Virus record (IMG/VR): IMGVR_UViG_3300028393_000022 | Strand: one strand, 5' to 3' | Origin: a virus | DNA length: 64,000 nt | In this document: positions 18,575 through 27,969 of the stretch, one piece after another | How positions within the stretch are numbered: position 1 is the stretch's first letter | Layout: each line of letters opens with the position of its first letter | The notes under the pieces: generated by a model | What the model was told of the DNA's origin: nothing | What the model saw: the letters and a program-made list of their open reading frames with translations, nothing else | The model's database searches: none | Program-made: the position numbers and the translations under genes

Positions 18575-18871
18575 TCAACCTGCCTCCAGTTCCTCTGCAC
18601 AGTCCCAAGTAGGTTCATCAAAGTTGTAGCCTTCTGCCACCAGTTCTTCTACAGCGGCGTTGAACTCTGCTTCCAAGTCCCACACTGCTGCCGCAACACG
18701 CTGATCTTTCACGCGGCGTGCCCGTGCTGTACCCTGCTTGTAGACTAGGAACACATGCTCTTGGCAGTAGCTCTTGCCCAGTACAGTGGCACAGCCGCAG
18801 GCCACTAGTGCGTTGCCCATATAGGTACAGGAGTCTAATGCGGCTGCTGTTGTTGTAAAGGTATTAGTCAT
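18575..18871 (-). CDS. Hypothetical protein with C..C..CxxH metal-binding pattern
   Basis: CTYMG...CGC...SYCQEH. Confidence 0.6.
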   Translation of the reverse strand: MTNTFTTTAAALDSCTYMGNALVACGCATVLGKSYCQEHVFLVYKQGTARARRVKDQRVAAAVWDLEAEFNAAVEELVAEGYNFDEPTWDCAEELEAG

Positions 18872-19091
18872 TGTCTTTCACGATCCGGTCAAGTTCTTGG
18901 CGTTGTTGTTCATTGGCATTGATGTAGGCACTCATACCGTGCACCAATCCTTGTTCGTATCCGTCTCGGCGGGCTAGGTAATCACTGCACATGAACAAGG
19001 CCAGTATGCACCAGAATCCCCATGTGTCCCAGCGGCACTCTAGAGCATCCAGTAGGAGCCCTAGAGTTGCATATACTACTAGCCTGGTCAT
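18864..19091 (-). CDS. Small membrane protein
   Basis: Two hydrophobic segments; ATGA-coupled to the ATPase. Confidence 0.6.
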   Translation of the reverse strand: MTRLVVYATLGLLLDALECRWDTWGFWCILALFMCSDYLARRDGYEQGLVHGMSAYINANEQQRQELDRIVKDND

Positions 19092-19960
19092 ACCCGCTTC
19101 ATGCAGGTAGTCTTGGCCATGGCCTTCCAAGTCTTTGGAAAGGATTTACGCAGGTCTGCCAGTTTCAGCACCATACGCAGGCTCAGCTCACGCAGTCGGT
19201 CTTGGTTCTCTACTACGAACTCAACGATCTCGTCCTTCTGCACCTGCTCAAAGTCAAAGCGGGCCAGCATGTCGTTGTCTTTGACCACCTGCTTGATACG
19301 CAAGATCTTCTCACGGTTGGTGTCAATGGCCAAATCAATGTAGTGGCAACGGCTTTCCAGGGCGTCCAGGTGATCACGCAGTCGTTTGCTACGAACGTGC
19401 TCGAACTTGATGTTGGTAATGAAGATGGCTGCACCTTTGAACTCAAAGCGATCTGGAATGCCTTCACTACGTAGGATCCGGCTGTCTGTGTTCCAGCTGA
19501 TGAATCGGCGCTCACTGCTATCCAAGGCACCCTTGAGAATGTTCAGGCTCAGGTCTTCCATAAGGATACTGTCACAGTCATCAAACACCACCACATTGCC
19601 TTTTTCGGCAAACTCGTAGAGTTTAGCGTACAAGCCGATTGAGCTCATAGCACCTTTTACCACTTCGAACTTGGGCTTCTTCTCTGCTAGCGTATTGAAC
19701 AGATCTGCTTTCTGTAGCACTCGCTCAACACCAAAGGATTTACCAACGCCTGGAGGGCCGCTGACGATCATAGCACGGACATCACCTTGCTTGACTGCCT
19801 TGGTCATCTCGTCCAAGATCTCAAAGCGTTCTGCCAAACGATCCAGAATGCTTTGATCTGTCTCCAGGGCAACTTCTTTCTCACGACGCTTGATAGCATC
19901 GGTATCGAATTCCAATACAGTGGTGCCCTTGCTGGGTGCTTTGCTTTTTGCTGCGGCCAT
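19088..19960 (-). CDS. AAA+-type P-loop ATPase
   Basis: GPPGVGKS, VVVFDDCD, FITN, ALESR; SD AAGGA. Confidence 0.85.
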   Translation of the reverse strand: MAAAKSKAPSKGTTVLEFDTDAIKRREKEVALETDQSILDRLAERFEILDEMTKAVKQGDVRAMIVSGPPGVGKSFGVERVLQKADLFNTLAEKKPKFEVVKGAMSSIGLYAKLYEFAEKGNVVVFDDCDSILMEDLSLNILKGALDSSERRFISWNTDSRILRSEGIPDRFEFKGAAIFITNIKFEHVRSKRLRDHLDALESRCHYIDLAIDTNREKILRIKQVVKDNDMLARFDFEQVQKDEIVEFVVENQDRLRELSLRMVLKLADLRKSFPKTWKAMAKTTCMKRV

Positions 19961-20039
19961 TTTGTTTCCTTTAGTGTGTTGCGAAGTATGTATTATAACA
20001 CCAAAAGAGCCTGTTGTCAAGCTCTTTCAGTCTTACTTA

Positions 20040-20387
20040 TCAGTCCATTCGGCTTCCAGCGTAGACCTTTTCCAAGCCCAGCTTGGCTTTGAGCACCTCT
20101 GCGTAGGCGTAGGCGCCTGCTTCCAGGATGCCCATGCTCTGCACACCTGCCTTGCTGGGATTCCACAGCTGGAGACTGCCGGTATAGTCCTTGCGGAAGC
20201 CAGCTGCCTGCAGGGCCTTGCCCAACTTTGAGTTGCTACGGACACCGTAGACGTTGACCCAAGCAAAGCCGCAAGCGTCACGATCGCCGTAGCGTTGAAG
20301 GGCTTCCTTAGCGGCTGTACGAGCAGCCATGGCGGCTTCGTTGCAGGCGTCTTGGACGGCTTCCAGGTTAAATGCTAGTGCTGTCAT
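20040..20387 (-). CDS. Conserved phage early protein
   Basis: CGFAWV motif; own promoter and RBS. Confidence 0.7.
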   Translation of the reverse strand: MTALAFNLEAVQDACNEAAMAARTAAKEALQRYGDRDACGFAWVNVYGVRSNSKLGKALQAAGFRKDYTGSLQLWNPSKAGVQSMGILEAGAYAYAEVLKAKLGLEKVYAGSRMD

Positions 20388-20449
20388 TTCGGTTTCCTTT
20401 TTGTTTAACATGTATGTATTATAACAAGGTTTTACCAGTTTGTCAACTG

Positions 20450-20659
20450 TTATTTGCTGGTGTGGTTTTTAAACAACAGGCCGCACAGCAGGCTAATTCC
20501 CCAGGCTGTAGTCCATTCGATAGTATGCACACCGTCTACTGCACCAACAAGGGCGCCGTTCCACAGCATGAACACGGGCCAGCTCATTACGAAGCTGATC
20601 AGGACAAAGCCGCCAACAACCACCACCGTGGCTCCAATGGCTGTAATGAACTTGTCCAT
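20450..20659 (-). CDS. Small membrane protein
   Basis: Hydrophobic, MLWN...WGI pattern. Confidence 0.65.
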   Translation of the reverse strand: MDKFITAIGATVVVVGGFVLISFVMSWPVFMLWNGALVGAVDGVHTIEWTTAWGISLLCGLLFKNHTSK

Positions 20660-20793
20660 TACTTGCCTGCCTTGGCTTCTTGAGCGGCGATCTTGCCGCT
20701 GTATGCCTTGCCTGCGGTATGGATCAGTCCGGTCTTGGTGTAGGTAATAACGCCGCCGGTGCTGGATGCGATTGGTTTAGCTAGTGTAGTCAT
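20659..20793 (-). CDS. 44-aa early peptide (not in ORF track)
   Basis: MTTLAKPIASSTGG...; SD AAGGA; directly downstream of promoter; TAATG-coupled. Confidence 0.6.
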   Translation of the reverse strand: MTTLAKPIASSTGGVITYTKTGLIHTAGKAYSGKIAAQEAKAGK

Positions 20794-20860
20794 CTTGTTC
20801 CTTTGTTGTTTAAGTATGTATTATAACGTCTTTTCAAAGCCCTGTCAACCACTAGGGTCT

Positions 20861-21247
20861 TTAGAAAGGTGCTGATTGCCCGTACATGCGTCGAGTGCCC
20901 CGCACTCGTTCTGCTGTGGCCTTGAGGTTTTCCTTACGATGTACCAGCATATAGGCATCGTAGTCTACTGCATCAAAGCGGCAGAACTGGAAGTCTATGC
21001 CCTGTGCTTTGAGCACCTTGTTCACTTGGACCAGGGTGGCTTCTGCCACTGCAATACCTACCAAGATATCATCGTTGGTGACTTCTTCGGTTTCAGTCAA
21101 ACCAGCCTGTTCCAAGATCAGTTCGATGTTGGCTGGATCATCCAACACCATGAACTTGTGCAGACGCTTGTTCAGTGCTGAGTTGCAGTAGTCCTCCAAA
21201 TAATCGCCTAATCGGTTGCTGTCGATGTCTTTGAGTGTTTTAGCCAT
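20861..21247 (-). CDS. Hypothetical early protein
   Basis: Promoter plus AAGGAG RBS. Confidence 0.7.
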   Translation of the reverse strand: MAKTLKDIDSNRLGDYLEDYCNSALNKRLHKFMVLDDPANIELILEQAGLTETEEVTNDDILVGIAVAEATLVQVNKVLKAQGIDFQFCRFDAVDYDAYMLVHRKENLKATAERVRGTRRMYGQSAPF

Positions 21248-21311
21248 GTAGTGCTCCTTGTTGCGATATATGTATTATAACACCAAACTGATACCCTGTC
21301 AACCACTAGGG

Positions 21312-21485
21312 TTAATAGGTTTCTTTGACGATATCGAACTGATCGGCAGGGTATTGGGCCTTGAACTCCTCAGTCTTGACATATTCGTTGTAGCTCTTGG
21401 CTTCGAAGAATACCTTCTTGAGAACACTCACATGCTTGCCTTTGGGCAGTACGGTTAGGTAGATGGATTTTGCTTTGCCTGCCAT
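21312..21485 (-). CDS. 57-aa early protein (not in ORF track)
   Basis: MAGKAKSIYLTV...KETY; SD AAGGA. Confidence 0.65.
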   Translation of the reverse strand: MAGKAKSIYLTVLPKGKHVSVLKKVFFEAKSYNEYVKTEEFKAQYPADQFDIVKETY

Positions 21486-21494
21486 GGTGTTTCC

Positions 21495-21701
21495 TTAGAT
21501 GAATTTGCTGAGAACTTGTTCTGCTTCTTTGAACTGACGCATCCGTGCCACACGGTCGTCGATGGCGATCAGGTGTGCTTCTGCCATGAGTTCTTCTGCG
21601 TAGTTGCGGTCATCGTCTGATGCCTGCAGGAACCAATCCTCTAGTGCAGAGCTGCTCATGTTCATCAGGAACAAGAGGTTGTTCTTATCGTATTCGTTCA
21701 T
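21495..21701 (-). CDS. Hypothetical early protein
   Basis: 68-aa acidic ORF in the operon. Confidence 0.65.
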   Translation of the reverse strand: MNEYDKNNLLFLMNMSSSALEDWFLQASDDDRNYAEELMAEAHLIAIDDRVARMRQFKEAEQVLSKFI

Positions 21702-21796
21702 TATTCAGCTCCAAAGTAAGGTGCGATGAGGATGGACAATCCCAGTGCCAACAAGGGCAATCCCAGGACCAATGCGAGGTTGATCAGTGCTGTCAT
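21701..21796 (-). CDS. 31-aa single-TM peptide (not in ORF track)
   Basis: MTALINLALVLGLPLLALGLSILIAPYFGAE; TAATG-coupled. Confidence 0.5.
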   Translation of the reverse strand: MTALINLALVLGLPLLALGLSILIAPYFGAE

Positions 21797-21797
21797 A

Positions 21798-22028
21798 TCA
21801 ATATTCCTTGTGAAGGCCGTTGGCTTCGTTGTCTGTATAGCCTGCGGTATAGGCCACGATCTCATCGGGTGTCATCTGTGCCAACTCAATGCGAGGGCTG
21901 GAATAGCTGTCACCGACAAAGTAGTGGGGATTGTATTCGCGTCCGTACCAGCTGTCGGCTTGACCGCGATCGTATGGTCCACCGTGTCGTTCATCGTAGA
22001 ATCTAGTGTAGATTGCTTCTTTAATCAT
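21798..22028 (-). CDS. Hypothetical early protein
   Basis: HGGPYDRGQADSWY; promoter plus RBS. Confidence 0.7.
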   Translation of the reverse strand: MIKEAIYTRFYDERHGGPYDRGQADSWYGREYNPHYFVGDSYSSPRIELAQMTPDEIVAYTAGYTDNEANGLHKEY

Positions 22029-22095
22029 CTTTGCTCCTTAGTGTCTATAAGTGTATTATAACAGGATTTTGATACCCTGTCAACCACTAGGGTCT

Positions 22096-22413
22096 TTACC
22101 AAACCAACTCTTTAGGACCGTATGTGACCTTGCCCTCGTACTCCAACTGGCTCTTTTCGAACTCTGTGAGGTAGTTGTCTTTGACAATGCGGAAGTCGAT
22201 GATGTTCTCACGGAAGCCTACATTGTCGCACTCAATCTGGCTACGGAGGGCCATGACCGCCATGGTAGCATCAGCATGGCTACCTTTGAACTTCTTGATC
22301 ACGTAGTCACTACCGCCTTTGAACTTCCAGTACTGTGGGCACTCGCCTATACCGTCCCAATCGTGGGCACCGTAGTTCTCTTGAGTCTGTGTAGTGATTA
22401 AGATCTTAGCCAT
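22096..22413 (-). CDS. Conserved phage early protein
   Basis: ENYGAHDW...PQYWKFKGG; promoter plus RBS. Confidence 0.7.
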   Translation of the reverse strand: MAKILITTQTQENYGAHDWDGIGECPQYWKFKGGSDYVIKKFKGSHADATMAVMALRSQIECDNVGFRENIIDFRIVKDNYLTEFEKSQLEYEGKVTYGPKELVW

Positions 22414-22507
22414 TTGTTGCTCCTAGTGTGTTGCTGTCTATGTATGTATTATAACATGGTTTTACCAAACTGTCAACCACTTTTGGTGTTGTATTTTTAC
22501 AACAAGA

Positions 22508-22582
22508 TGGTCCGGCGTAGAGGAATCGAACCTCTATAATGACTTTAGAAGAATCATGTCCTATCCGTTGAACGAACGCCAG
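22508..22582 (-). tRNA. tRNA-Arg (UCU)
   Basis: Cloverleaf: CTGGCGT/ACGCCGG acceptor, TGATT-CTTCTAA-AGTCA anticodon arm, GGTTCGATTCC T arm, encoded CCA; own promoter at 22590-22618. Confidence 0.92.
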
Positions 22583-22609
22583 TCACTTAATTATAGCACG
22601 GATCAACCG

Positions 22610-22822
22610 TTAGGTCAATGCCGCAAAGGTCCGACCCTTGAGATCCAAGGTCATGGGCTTCTTGAAGCGGAACAGCTCCTTGGTGCCTGCTCTCACATAT
22701 CCGATGGCTTTGGCTGTTCGTGTGTTTGGTTTCTCGCTGAACACGTAGACATGATTGGCCTGAGTTGGTTCCTGCCACACAGTGGTCTCAACGTAGATGT
22801 AATTAGTCGATTTGGATGTCAT
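22610..22822 (-). CDS. Hypothetical early protein
   Basis: 70-aa ORF in the operon. Confidence 0.6.
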   Translation of the reverse strand: MTSKSTNYIYVETTVWQEPTQANHVYVFSEKPNTRTAKAIGYVRAGTKELFRFKKPMTLDLKGRTFAALT

Positions 22823-22988
22823 GGATCCTGCCTTCCTTGAAGATATAGTAGAGGTTCATAGAACCATAATAGACCCAGATGCAGTCCTTGCCCTTGGTCA
22901 TTGTGTAGGTTGTGACTCCTCTACGGGCCATATCCTCTTCGACCAGCATGACCTCTAGAGGATTCAGTTCTGGATGGATCCTAAGCAC
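22803..22988 (-). CDS. Hypothetical early protein
   Basis: 61-aa ORF overlapping neighbours. Confidence 0.55.
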   Translation of the reverse strand: MLRIHPELNPLEVMLVEEDMARRGVTTYTMTKGKDCIWVYYGSMNLYYIFKEGRIHDIQID

Positions 22989-23202
22989 GAGCCAAGACCT
23001 CCATCAAGCGGTTGTTGATGATATCCATCTCATCACGCTCCACATAGAAGTCAGTGGTTGGATCGTAGTAGGCGCCTTCAACAGGATCGTAGTACAGAAC
23101 ACGACCTGAGAAGTTGAACGGGCCTTCAAGTCCCTTGCGTGGGCCGTACTTGACACGCATCATGTCCATCTCGTCCTTACCAGCAATTACTTTGTATCCC
23201 AT
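22981..23202 (-). CDS. Conserved phage early protein
   Basis: GLEGPF...LYYDPVEGAYYDPTTDFY; promoter plus AAGGAG. Confidence 0.7.
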   Translation of the reverse strand: MGYKVIAGKDEMDMMRVKYGPRKGLEGPFNFSGRVLYYDPVEGAYYDPTTDFYVERDEMDIINNRLMEVLARA

Positions 23203-23266
23203 GTTCCACTCCTTGTTGCGATGTATGTATTATAACACCAAATTGGCAACCTGTCAACCAGTAGGG

Positions 23267-23455
23267 TTATTCATCCTCATCGGCGGTCAATTGATAAACC
23301 AAAACCTCCAAACGCTCAACTTCCTGATTGGATGATTCGTACATACTCAGCAACCACTCAACTCGCTCGGCTAGACTACCCTCACGCCAGTCCTTGCTAC
23401 CCTCGAACAGGTCTGTGGGCAGGAGTTCCTGGATGCGTTCAATTTCTGTTTTCAT
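23267..23455 (-). CDS. Hypothetical early protein
   Basis: Promoter plus AAGGAG. Confidence 0.65.
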   Translation of the reverse strand: MKTEIERIQELLPTDLFEGSKDWREGSLAERVEWLLSMYESSNQEVERLEVLVYQLTADEDE

Positions 23456-23622
23456 TCTTCACTCCTTGTTGCGATGTATGTATTATAACACGGTTTTACC
23501 AGGTTGTCAACCATTTGTTTGTTGTATTTTTACAACAGATAAGGCGGACCCCTCAACAGCTTCACAGCGTGGAGGGGTCCTATTGTTGCCGGGACACTAC
23601 CCCCGGACTTCGGAGCGATCTA

Positions 23623-23892
23623 TTAGACTAGACCCAATTGCATGGCTTTGTAGCCGGCTGCAATCAATTTGCGGCTTGGACGGCCGATTGCGTACTCAGT
23701 GACCTGGACGTGATTGCCAGCGACACGAGTGTTGGCGTAGACTGCATAACCGTTCTGACGGATGCGGCTTACTTCGGCACTGATGTTCTTGATACCGAAA
23801 CGCTTAGAAGCGGCGCTTGCTGTCATCTTCTCACCTTGATACAGGGCGTTGAAGAGTTTAAATGTCTTGGTTTCTGGATTGAAATGTTTCAT
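23623..23892 (-). CDS. Winged helix-turn-helix DNA-binding protein
   Basis: MTASAASKRFGIKNISAEVSRIRQNGYAV...TEY. Confidence 0.65.
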   Translation of the reverse strand: MKHFNPETKTFKLFNALYQGEKMTASAASKRFGIKNISAEVSRIRQNGYAVYANTRVAGNHVQVTEYAIGRPSRKLIAAGYKAMQLGLV

Positions 23893-24043
23893 TTTGTTTT
23901 CCTTATTAGATACTGCTGTGCAGTTATCTACAAGTATACACACATCTGTAATCTAGATCAAGAACTCATTTGTCCAAATACCCCGTTGTGGGTTATCGAA
24001 GAGGACTTATTGGCACTGCCTCTACGCACACTGCAGGGGTTGA

Positions 24044-24451
24044 TCAGTAAGGAGCGTCTTCCAACTGGGCGTCGACTTCAGCTTTGGTCACAGTGGTCTT
24101 CGGTGCCTTGGCACGGATGGAGTCCAGTGTAGGCTTAGCAGCCTTAGGAGCCTTGGCCTTAGGAGCTGCTTTAGTAGCAGTGACCTTGGCAACTTCTGAA
24201 CGCTTGTCCAACTCATTGGCCAGTGCTTCTTGCACCAAGGCATTGGTCACGCCGTCTTTGGTAGCAAAGTCGATCTCCATAAGGAATGCAACAGCATCCT
24301 CTTTGGTCATGGCGTGCTTGAGTTCGATGATATCAATATCAGTGTGACCGTTCTTGATCAGAACCTTGGTACGCATCGCGTCATTGGCGAAGCGAACTTT
24401 GAACTGACCGTCTTGTTTAGAAACGCCTGCATGGGTAAAAGATTTAGACAT
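24044..24451 (-). CDS. Conserved phage protein with Ala/Lys-rich tail
   Basis: AGVS...KVRFAND...GHTDIDIIEL; KAAPKAKAPK tail. Confidence 0.7.
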   Translation of the reverse strand: MSKSFTHAGVSKQDGQFKVRFANDAMRTKVLIKNGHTDIDIIELKHAMTKEDAVAFLMEIDFATKDGVTNALVQEALANELDKRSEVAKVTATKAAPKAKAPKAAKPTLDSIRAKAPKTTVTKAEVDAQLEDAPY

Positions 24452-24551
24452 AAAATTTCCTTTGTGAGTCTGTGTGTAATATGAGCAGCACCGCGCTGTC
24501 CATACCTTAATTATACAACGATTTTGGTTCGTTGTCAACCATTATCTGGCT

Positions 24552-24743
24552 TTAGGAGTTGATTGTTTCGAACGGATTGTAATCCTCCTGTGGCGTTTCC
24601 GCAACATCTGCCACATTCATCGCCTCCAAGGCACCCAGGACAATCTCAATCGGGCAGTTCAATTCGTTTGCAATAGCTCGCGAGTTGAAGCCGTCGATAT
24701 ACAGTTGCTCGATATCGTATGCTAGATCTTTAAGTGTGCTCAT
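24552..24743 (-). CDS. Small HTH-like protein
   Basis: GFNSRAIANELNCPIEIV. Confidence 0.55.
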   Translation of the reverse strand: MSTLKDLAYDIEQLYIDGFNSRAIANELNCPIEIVLGALEAMNVADVAETPQEDYNPFETINS

Positions 24744-25213
24744 TATGCTTCTTCCTTGATGTTTTTAAATGCTTCGACCAACGGCACATAACGGTCGCTG
24801 TGGTCCGCTACAAACCAAACAGCCTTGCCGTCTATGTTGCGCAAGATGTATTCGTATTCCTCATATTGGTGGTTAGCCATATAGCTTGAGAAGCTAACGA
24901 ACTTCTTGGCAGTAATGCCTGCCTCGCCGCGATCGCGTCCGTAGAATGTAGTTGCACCTGCCAAATCAACTGCTTCGTGGAAAGCGGCTTCATCTTCTGG
25001 GCTACTGTGTGGGCTGAAAGGGTGCTTGCTGCCAACTTCTTTGCCCAGCGAGCTGATGTCGCCCAAGTCAATCAAGTCGCGCAGTTTGAACGGATCGCTG
25101 TAGTGTTCCAACAGGATCTTGCCGTTGTTTTCCAAGTAGCCGTCCCAGTGGCAATATACTTGCTGGACTGTGCCGTCTGCGAATTCCAATGCGATAGTGC
25201 TTCGTGTTCCCAT
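24743..25213 (-). CDS. Conserved phage protein (MGTRS...YCHWDGY type)
   Basis: MGTRSTI, YCHWDGY, YGRDRGE, EEYEY. Confidence 0.75.
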   Translation of the reverse strand: MGTRSTIALEFADGTVQQVYCHWDGYLENNGKILLEHYSDPFKLRDLIDLGDISSLGKEVGSKHPFSPHSSPEDEAAFHEAVDLAGATTFYGRDRGEAGITAKKFVSFSSYMANHQYEEYEYILRNIDGKAVWFVADHSDRYVPLVEAFKNIKEEA

Positions 25214-25279
25214 TTAGTGCTCCTAGTGTGTTGCTGTCTATGTGTTAATTATAACACGGTTTTACCAGACTGTCAACCA

Positions 25280-25546
25280 TTATTTGTAGTAGGCAATATA
25301 CATTCTCTTGCCTACAGTTGCGTAGACGTGCCCGCCCTCGTCAATTGGGTTGTTGGCACTTAGGATCTTGCCCACAACCTTACGCACCGTAACGTCATTG
25401 ACATCGCCATCGTCGTAGGCATATCCCCTGTCCTGGTCTGCAAACTCTTTGTGTGCAGAGGCAATATGGTACTTGCCTGAACAGCCACAGCAACAGCGAT
25501 TGAGCTTGCCGTTGTAGACTTTGAAAACTTTGCTAACATCTAACAT
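25280..25546 (-). CDS. Hypothetical early protein with CCCGCSG
   Basis: Promoter plus AAGGAG. Confidence 0.65.
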   Translation of the reverse strand: MLDVSKVFKVYNGKLNRCCCGCSGKYHIASAHKEFADQDRGYAYDDGDVNDVTVRKVVGKILSANNPIDEGGHVYATVGKRMYIAYYK

Positions 25547-25597
25547 GGTTGCTCCTTTGTTGCTATGTGTGTATTATAACACGGTTTTACCAGACTG

Positions 25598-25828
25598 TCA
25601 ACCGATACTTGCAGTAACCCTATCCGCTGTAGGGTCATAACGCAGGAACAATTTGCTCTCAATTCCCTCAATGTCTGCTACTCTGTAGCAGAACTCACTG
25701 CCGTTAGTCATGCCCAGGAACTCTGCTTTGTCAAACACAAGACCCTTGATCTTGTTGTTGAGAGCAATAGCTTTGAGATGTTCGACAGGGATGTCGATCA
25801 TGTAGCGAACATTCTTTGCTGTGATCAT
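25598..25828 (-). CDS. Hypothetical early protein
   Basis: 76 aa; 3' end encodes the next promoter elements. Confidence 0.6.
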   Translation of the reverse strand: MITAKNVRYMIDIPVEHLKAIALNNKIKGLVFDKAEFLGMTNGSEFCYRVADIEGIESKLFLRYDPTADRVTASIG

Positions 25829-26010
25829 ACAGTCCCCTCATCAAGCAAAGTAATGTCGCAGACAATGTCGTCTGCAATGTCCTGGATACGCATGTGGTTA
25901 TCCCACGTTACATCGCTGTCCCCTAGTGCTAGTTGCTGTAAGCGGTCTGCCTCGTTAAGCATGTCTACAACTTGATTAAGCAAAGCACTCTTTTCTGCGT
26001 TTGTCAGCAT
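25825..26010 (-). CDS. Hypothetical early protein
   Basis: Promoter plus AGGGG RBS. Confidence 0.6.
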   Translation of the reverse strand: MLTNAEKSALLNQVVDMLNEADRLQQLALGDSDVTWDNHMRIQDIADDIVCDITLLDEGTV

Positions 26011-26075
26011 GTCAGCCCCTGTTTAGTGTAAGTGTATTATAACACTCTTTTGGGTGAGTGTCAACCAATAACTCT

Positions 26076-26297
26076 TTAGCAATCAGGGTCAAAGGATTCC
26101 CACTCTTGGGCTTCGTCGGGCTGACCGTCTTCCTCATCTTCATCCTCGAACTGCTCTTCGATGAACTCGTTAGCTTCCATCATGTCCTGCACCTCTTGTT
26201 CGCTCATTGCACCGAGGCAGGCTTTGATCACAGTGTCGCGATCCAGCAGGCCATCGTCGATCATTTCCAACAGCATGTTTGTGTAGTAACGTGTCAT
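26076..26297 (-). CDS. Acidic early protein ending EWESFDPDC
   Basis: Promoter plus AAGGAG; very acidic (possible DNA mimic, inference). Confidence 0.65.
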   Translation of the reverse strand: MTRYYTNMLLEMIDDGLLDRDTVIKACLGAMSEQEVQDMMEANEFIEEQFEDEDEEDGQPDEAQEWESFDPDC

Positions 26298-26400
26298 ATC
26301 AGCTCCTTAGTGTTTCAGTGTAAGTGTATTATAACGCACTTTTACCAATCTGTCAACCAACCCTATTCGCTGTAGGGTCGATTGTGGCTTTAATACAACA

Positions 26401-26970
26401 TCACTCTTCGTTCTCTTCTGCCTGCTCTTGTTCCCACTCACTGACTGCTTGACTGATACCAAACGCCTCGTCCAGCTCTGGGGGCAGGGTGTCTTCAATC
26501 TCATCTGCTGTCATACCACCATACTCATAGTAGTCGTCATCACCGTTGTACCACCGACCAGCAAAGCACATACCAGGCTCGTAGTACATGGCCAGGATCT
26601 CGAAGCCTTGCTCTTGCAACAGTGCATAGGCTGCAATCGGTGGCGACCAGGCACTGTCAAAGGTAATGATCACACCGCCTTCAATGTCCTGAACACTACC
26701 ATCCTCACCGCCCACGTCCCATTTGGTTCCCCACTTGGACACATTGTGTTCATACCAAGTGCTATAACCATACCGCTCACGGTTGGCTGCTTGCTGGGCT
26801 TCCAGCTTCTCTTGCTCAGGACCAAAGCCGCTCACAGTGTCAATCAACGCCTGCGGGCAAGGAATGAACTCATTAAGGAATGTACCAGCGGCAAATGCAG
26901 TCTTGGCACGCTCGATCATTGCTGGATCTGTGTGTTCCAGCGTCACTGTGTTGTTGCACCAATTAGGCAT
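26401..26970 (-). CDS. DUF1281/YubB-like ferredoxin-fold protein
   Basis: MPNWCNN, WYE...WGTKWD, FDSAWSPP, YYEPGMCFAG. Confidence 0.8.
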   Translation of the reverse strand: MPNWCNNTVTLEHTDPAMIERAKTAFAAGTFLNEFIPCPQALIDTVSGFGPEQEKLEAQQAANRERYGYSTWYEHNVSKWGTKWDVGGEDGSVQDIEGGVIITFDSAWSPPIAAYALLQEQGFEILAMYYEPGMCFAGRWYNGDDDYYEYGGMTADEIEDTLPPELDEAFGISQAVSEWEQEQAEENEE

Positions 26971-27175
26971 CGAAGCTCTCCTCACCAAGTTCAGTAATCT
27001 CTTCTTCCACAACACCCAGATCAACGATACGGGCAGTCTGATCTTCATTGCTCACACCCTGGAAGGCAGTGCGGAATGATTGCACCTCTGACAGGAAGTC
27101 CAAGACATCTTCTCGCTCCCAACTGTCTGGCACTTCCAGCTCTTGCCGGATAATAGTGGTCACATAGGCTTTCAT
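26963..27175 (-). CDS. Hypothetical acidic early protein
   Basis: 70 aa in the operon. Confidence 0.6.
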   Translation of the reverse strand: MKAYVTTIIRQELEVPDSWEREDVLDFLSEVQSFRTAFQGVSNEDQTARIVDLGVVEEEITELGEESFDA

Positions 27176-27176
27176 C

Positions 27177-27443
27177 TTATTCTCCTGTGTAGAATTCGTA
27201 GATCTTAACGCTGGGGTCCAACTGCACCAACTCCTGTGCCGCTTTGGTCAATGTCTTGTAGCGACGAGCAACCTCTGCACGGGGCAGTTCGCCATCGCAG
27301 GTCAAGTTCTCTGGACTCAAGTCTGCGTCCAACATACCAGCCACTTCCAGGCGACCAAACTTGCTCACGATCTCATACTGCTTCCCGTTGAAGATCGCGT
27401 TCCACTTGTTCTTCTGATCCACGTATGCTTGCAATGCTTTCAT
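27177..27443 (-). CDS. Conserved phage early protein
   Basis: LSPENLTCDGE; promoter plus RBS. Confidence 0.7.
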   Translation of the reverse strand: MKALQAYVDQKNKWNAIFNGKQYEIVSKFGRLEVAGMLDADLSPENLTCDGELPRAEVARRYKTLTKAAQELVQLDPSVKIYEFYTGE

Positions 27444-27480
27444 CTCTGCTCCTTAGTGTGTGTAAGTATGTATTATACAA

Positions 27481-27681
27481 TCAAACCGCTACCTTGTCAA
27501 GCTCTTTTTGTATCTGCTGTGCAAATAATTTCTGTTGCTTCTTTGTCAGCAGACCAAACATCTCAACGACCATGCTCTCATAGTAGCCAGCAGTGTATGC
27601 GTAGGAATACTCTGCTTCTTTGACGGCGGCGAATGCTTGCAGTGACTGCTTGAACTCCTGTTGGGCCTGTGTAGTAAACAT
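27481..27681 (-). CDS. Hypothetical early protein
   Basis: YAYTAGYYES; the -35 of the next promoter is encoded in its LDK codons. Confidence 0.65.
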   Translation of the reverse strand: MFTTQAQQEFKQSLQAFAAVKEAEYSYAYTAGYYESMVVEMFGLLTKKQQKLFAQQIQKELDKVAV

Positions 27682-27738
27682 CTCTGCTCCTTAGTTGCTG
27701 TGTCTAAGTCTTAATTATACAGTGGTTTTACCAAGATG

Positions 27739-27969
27739 TCAACCTAGTTCGTTGTATAACCCTAGAAGCGTTATGGCTACTCCCACAACGTTAACGATCA
27801 TCTGTTGTCTATTAGCCACACGCAATGACCATACGAGAAACAGGGCACCGCCCATGCATCCGGCAATTAATTGCAGGGTATGCAGTTCTTTGAAGAAACT
27901 CATGGTCACATACATGACCATGAAACAAACGGTGCCTGCCCACTGTAGTACTTCGTTAATATTACGCAT
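27739..27969 (-). CDS. Small 3-TM membrane protein
   Basis: Three hydrophobic helices. Confidence 0.6.
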   Translation of the reverse strand: MRNINEVLQWAGTVCFMVMYVTMSFFKELHTLQLIAGCMGGALFLVWSLRVANRQQMIVNVVGVAITLLGLYNELG

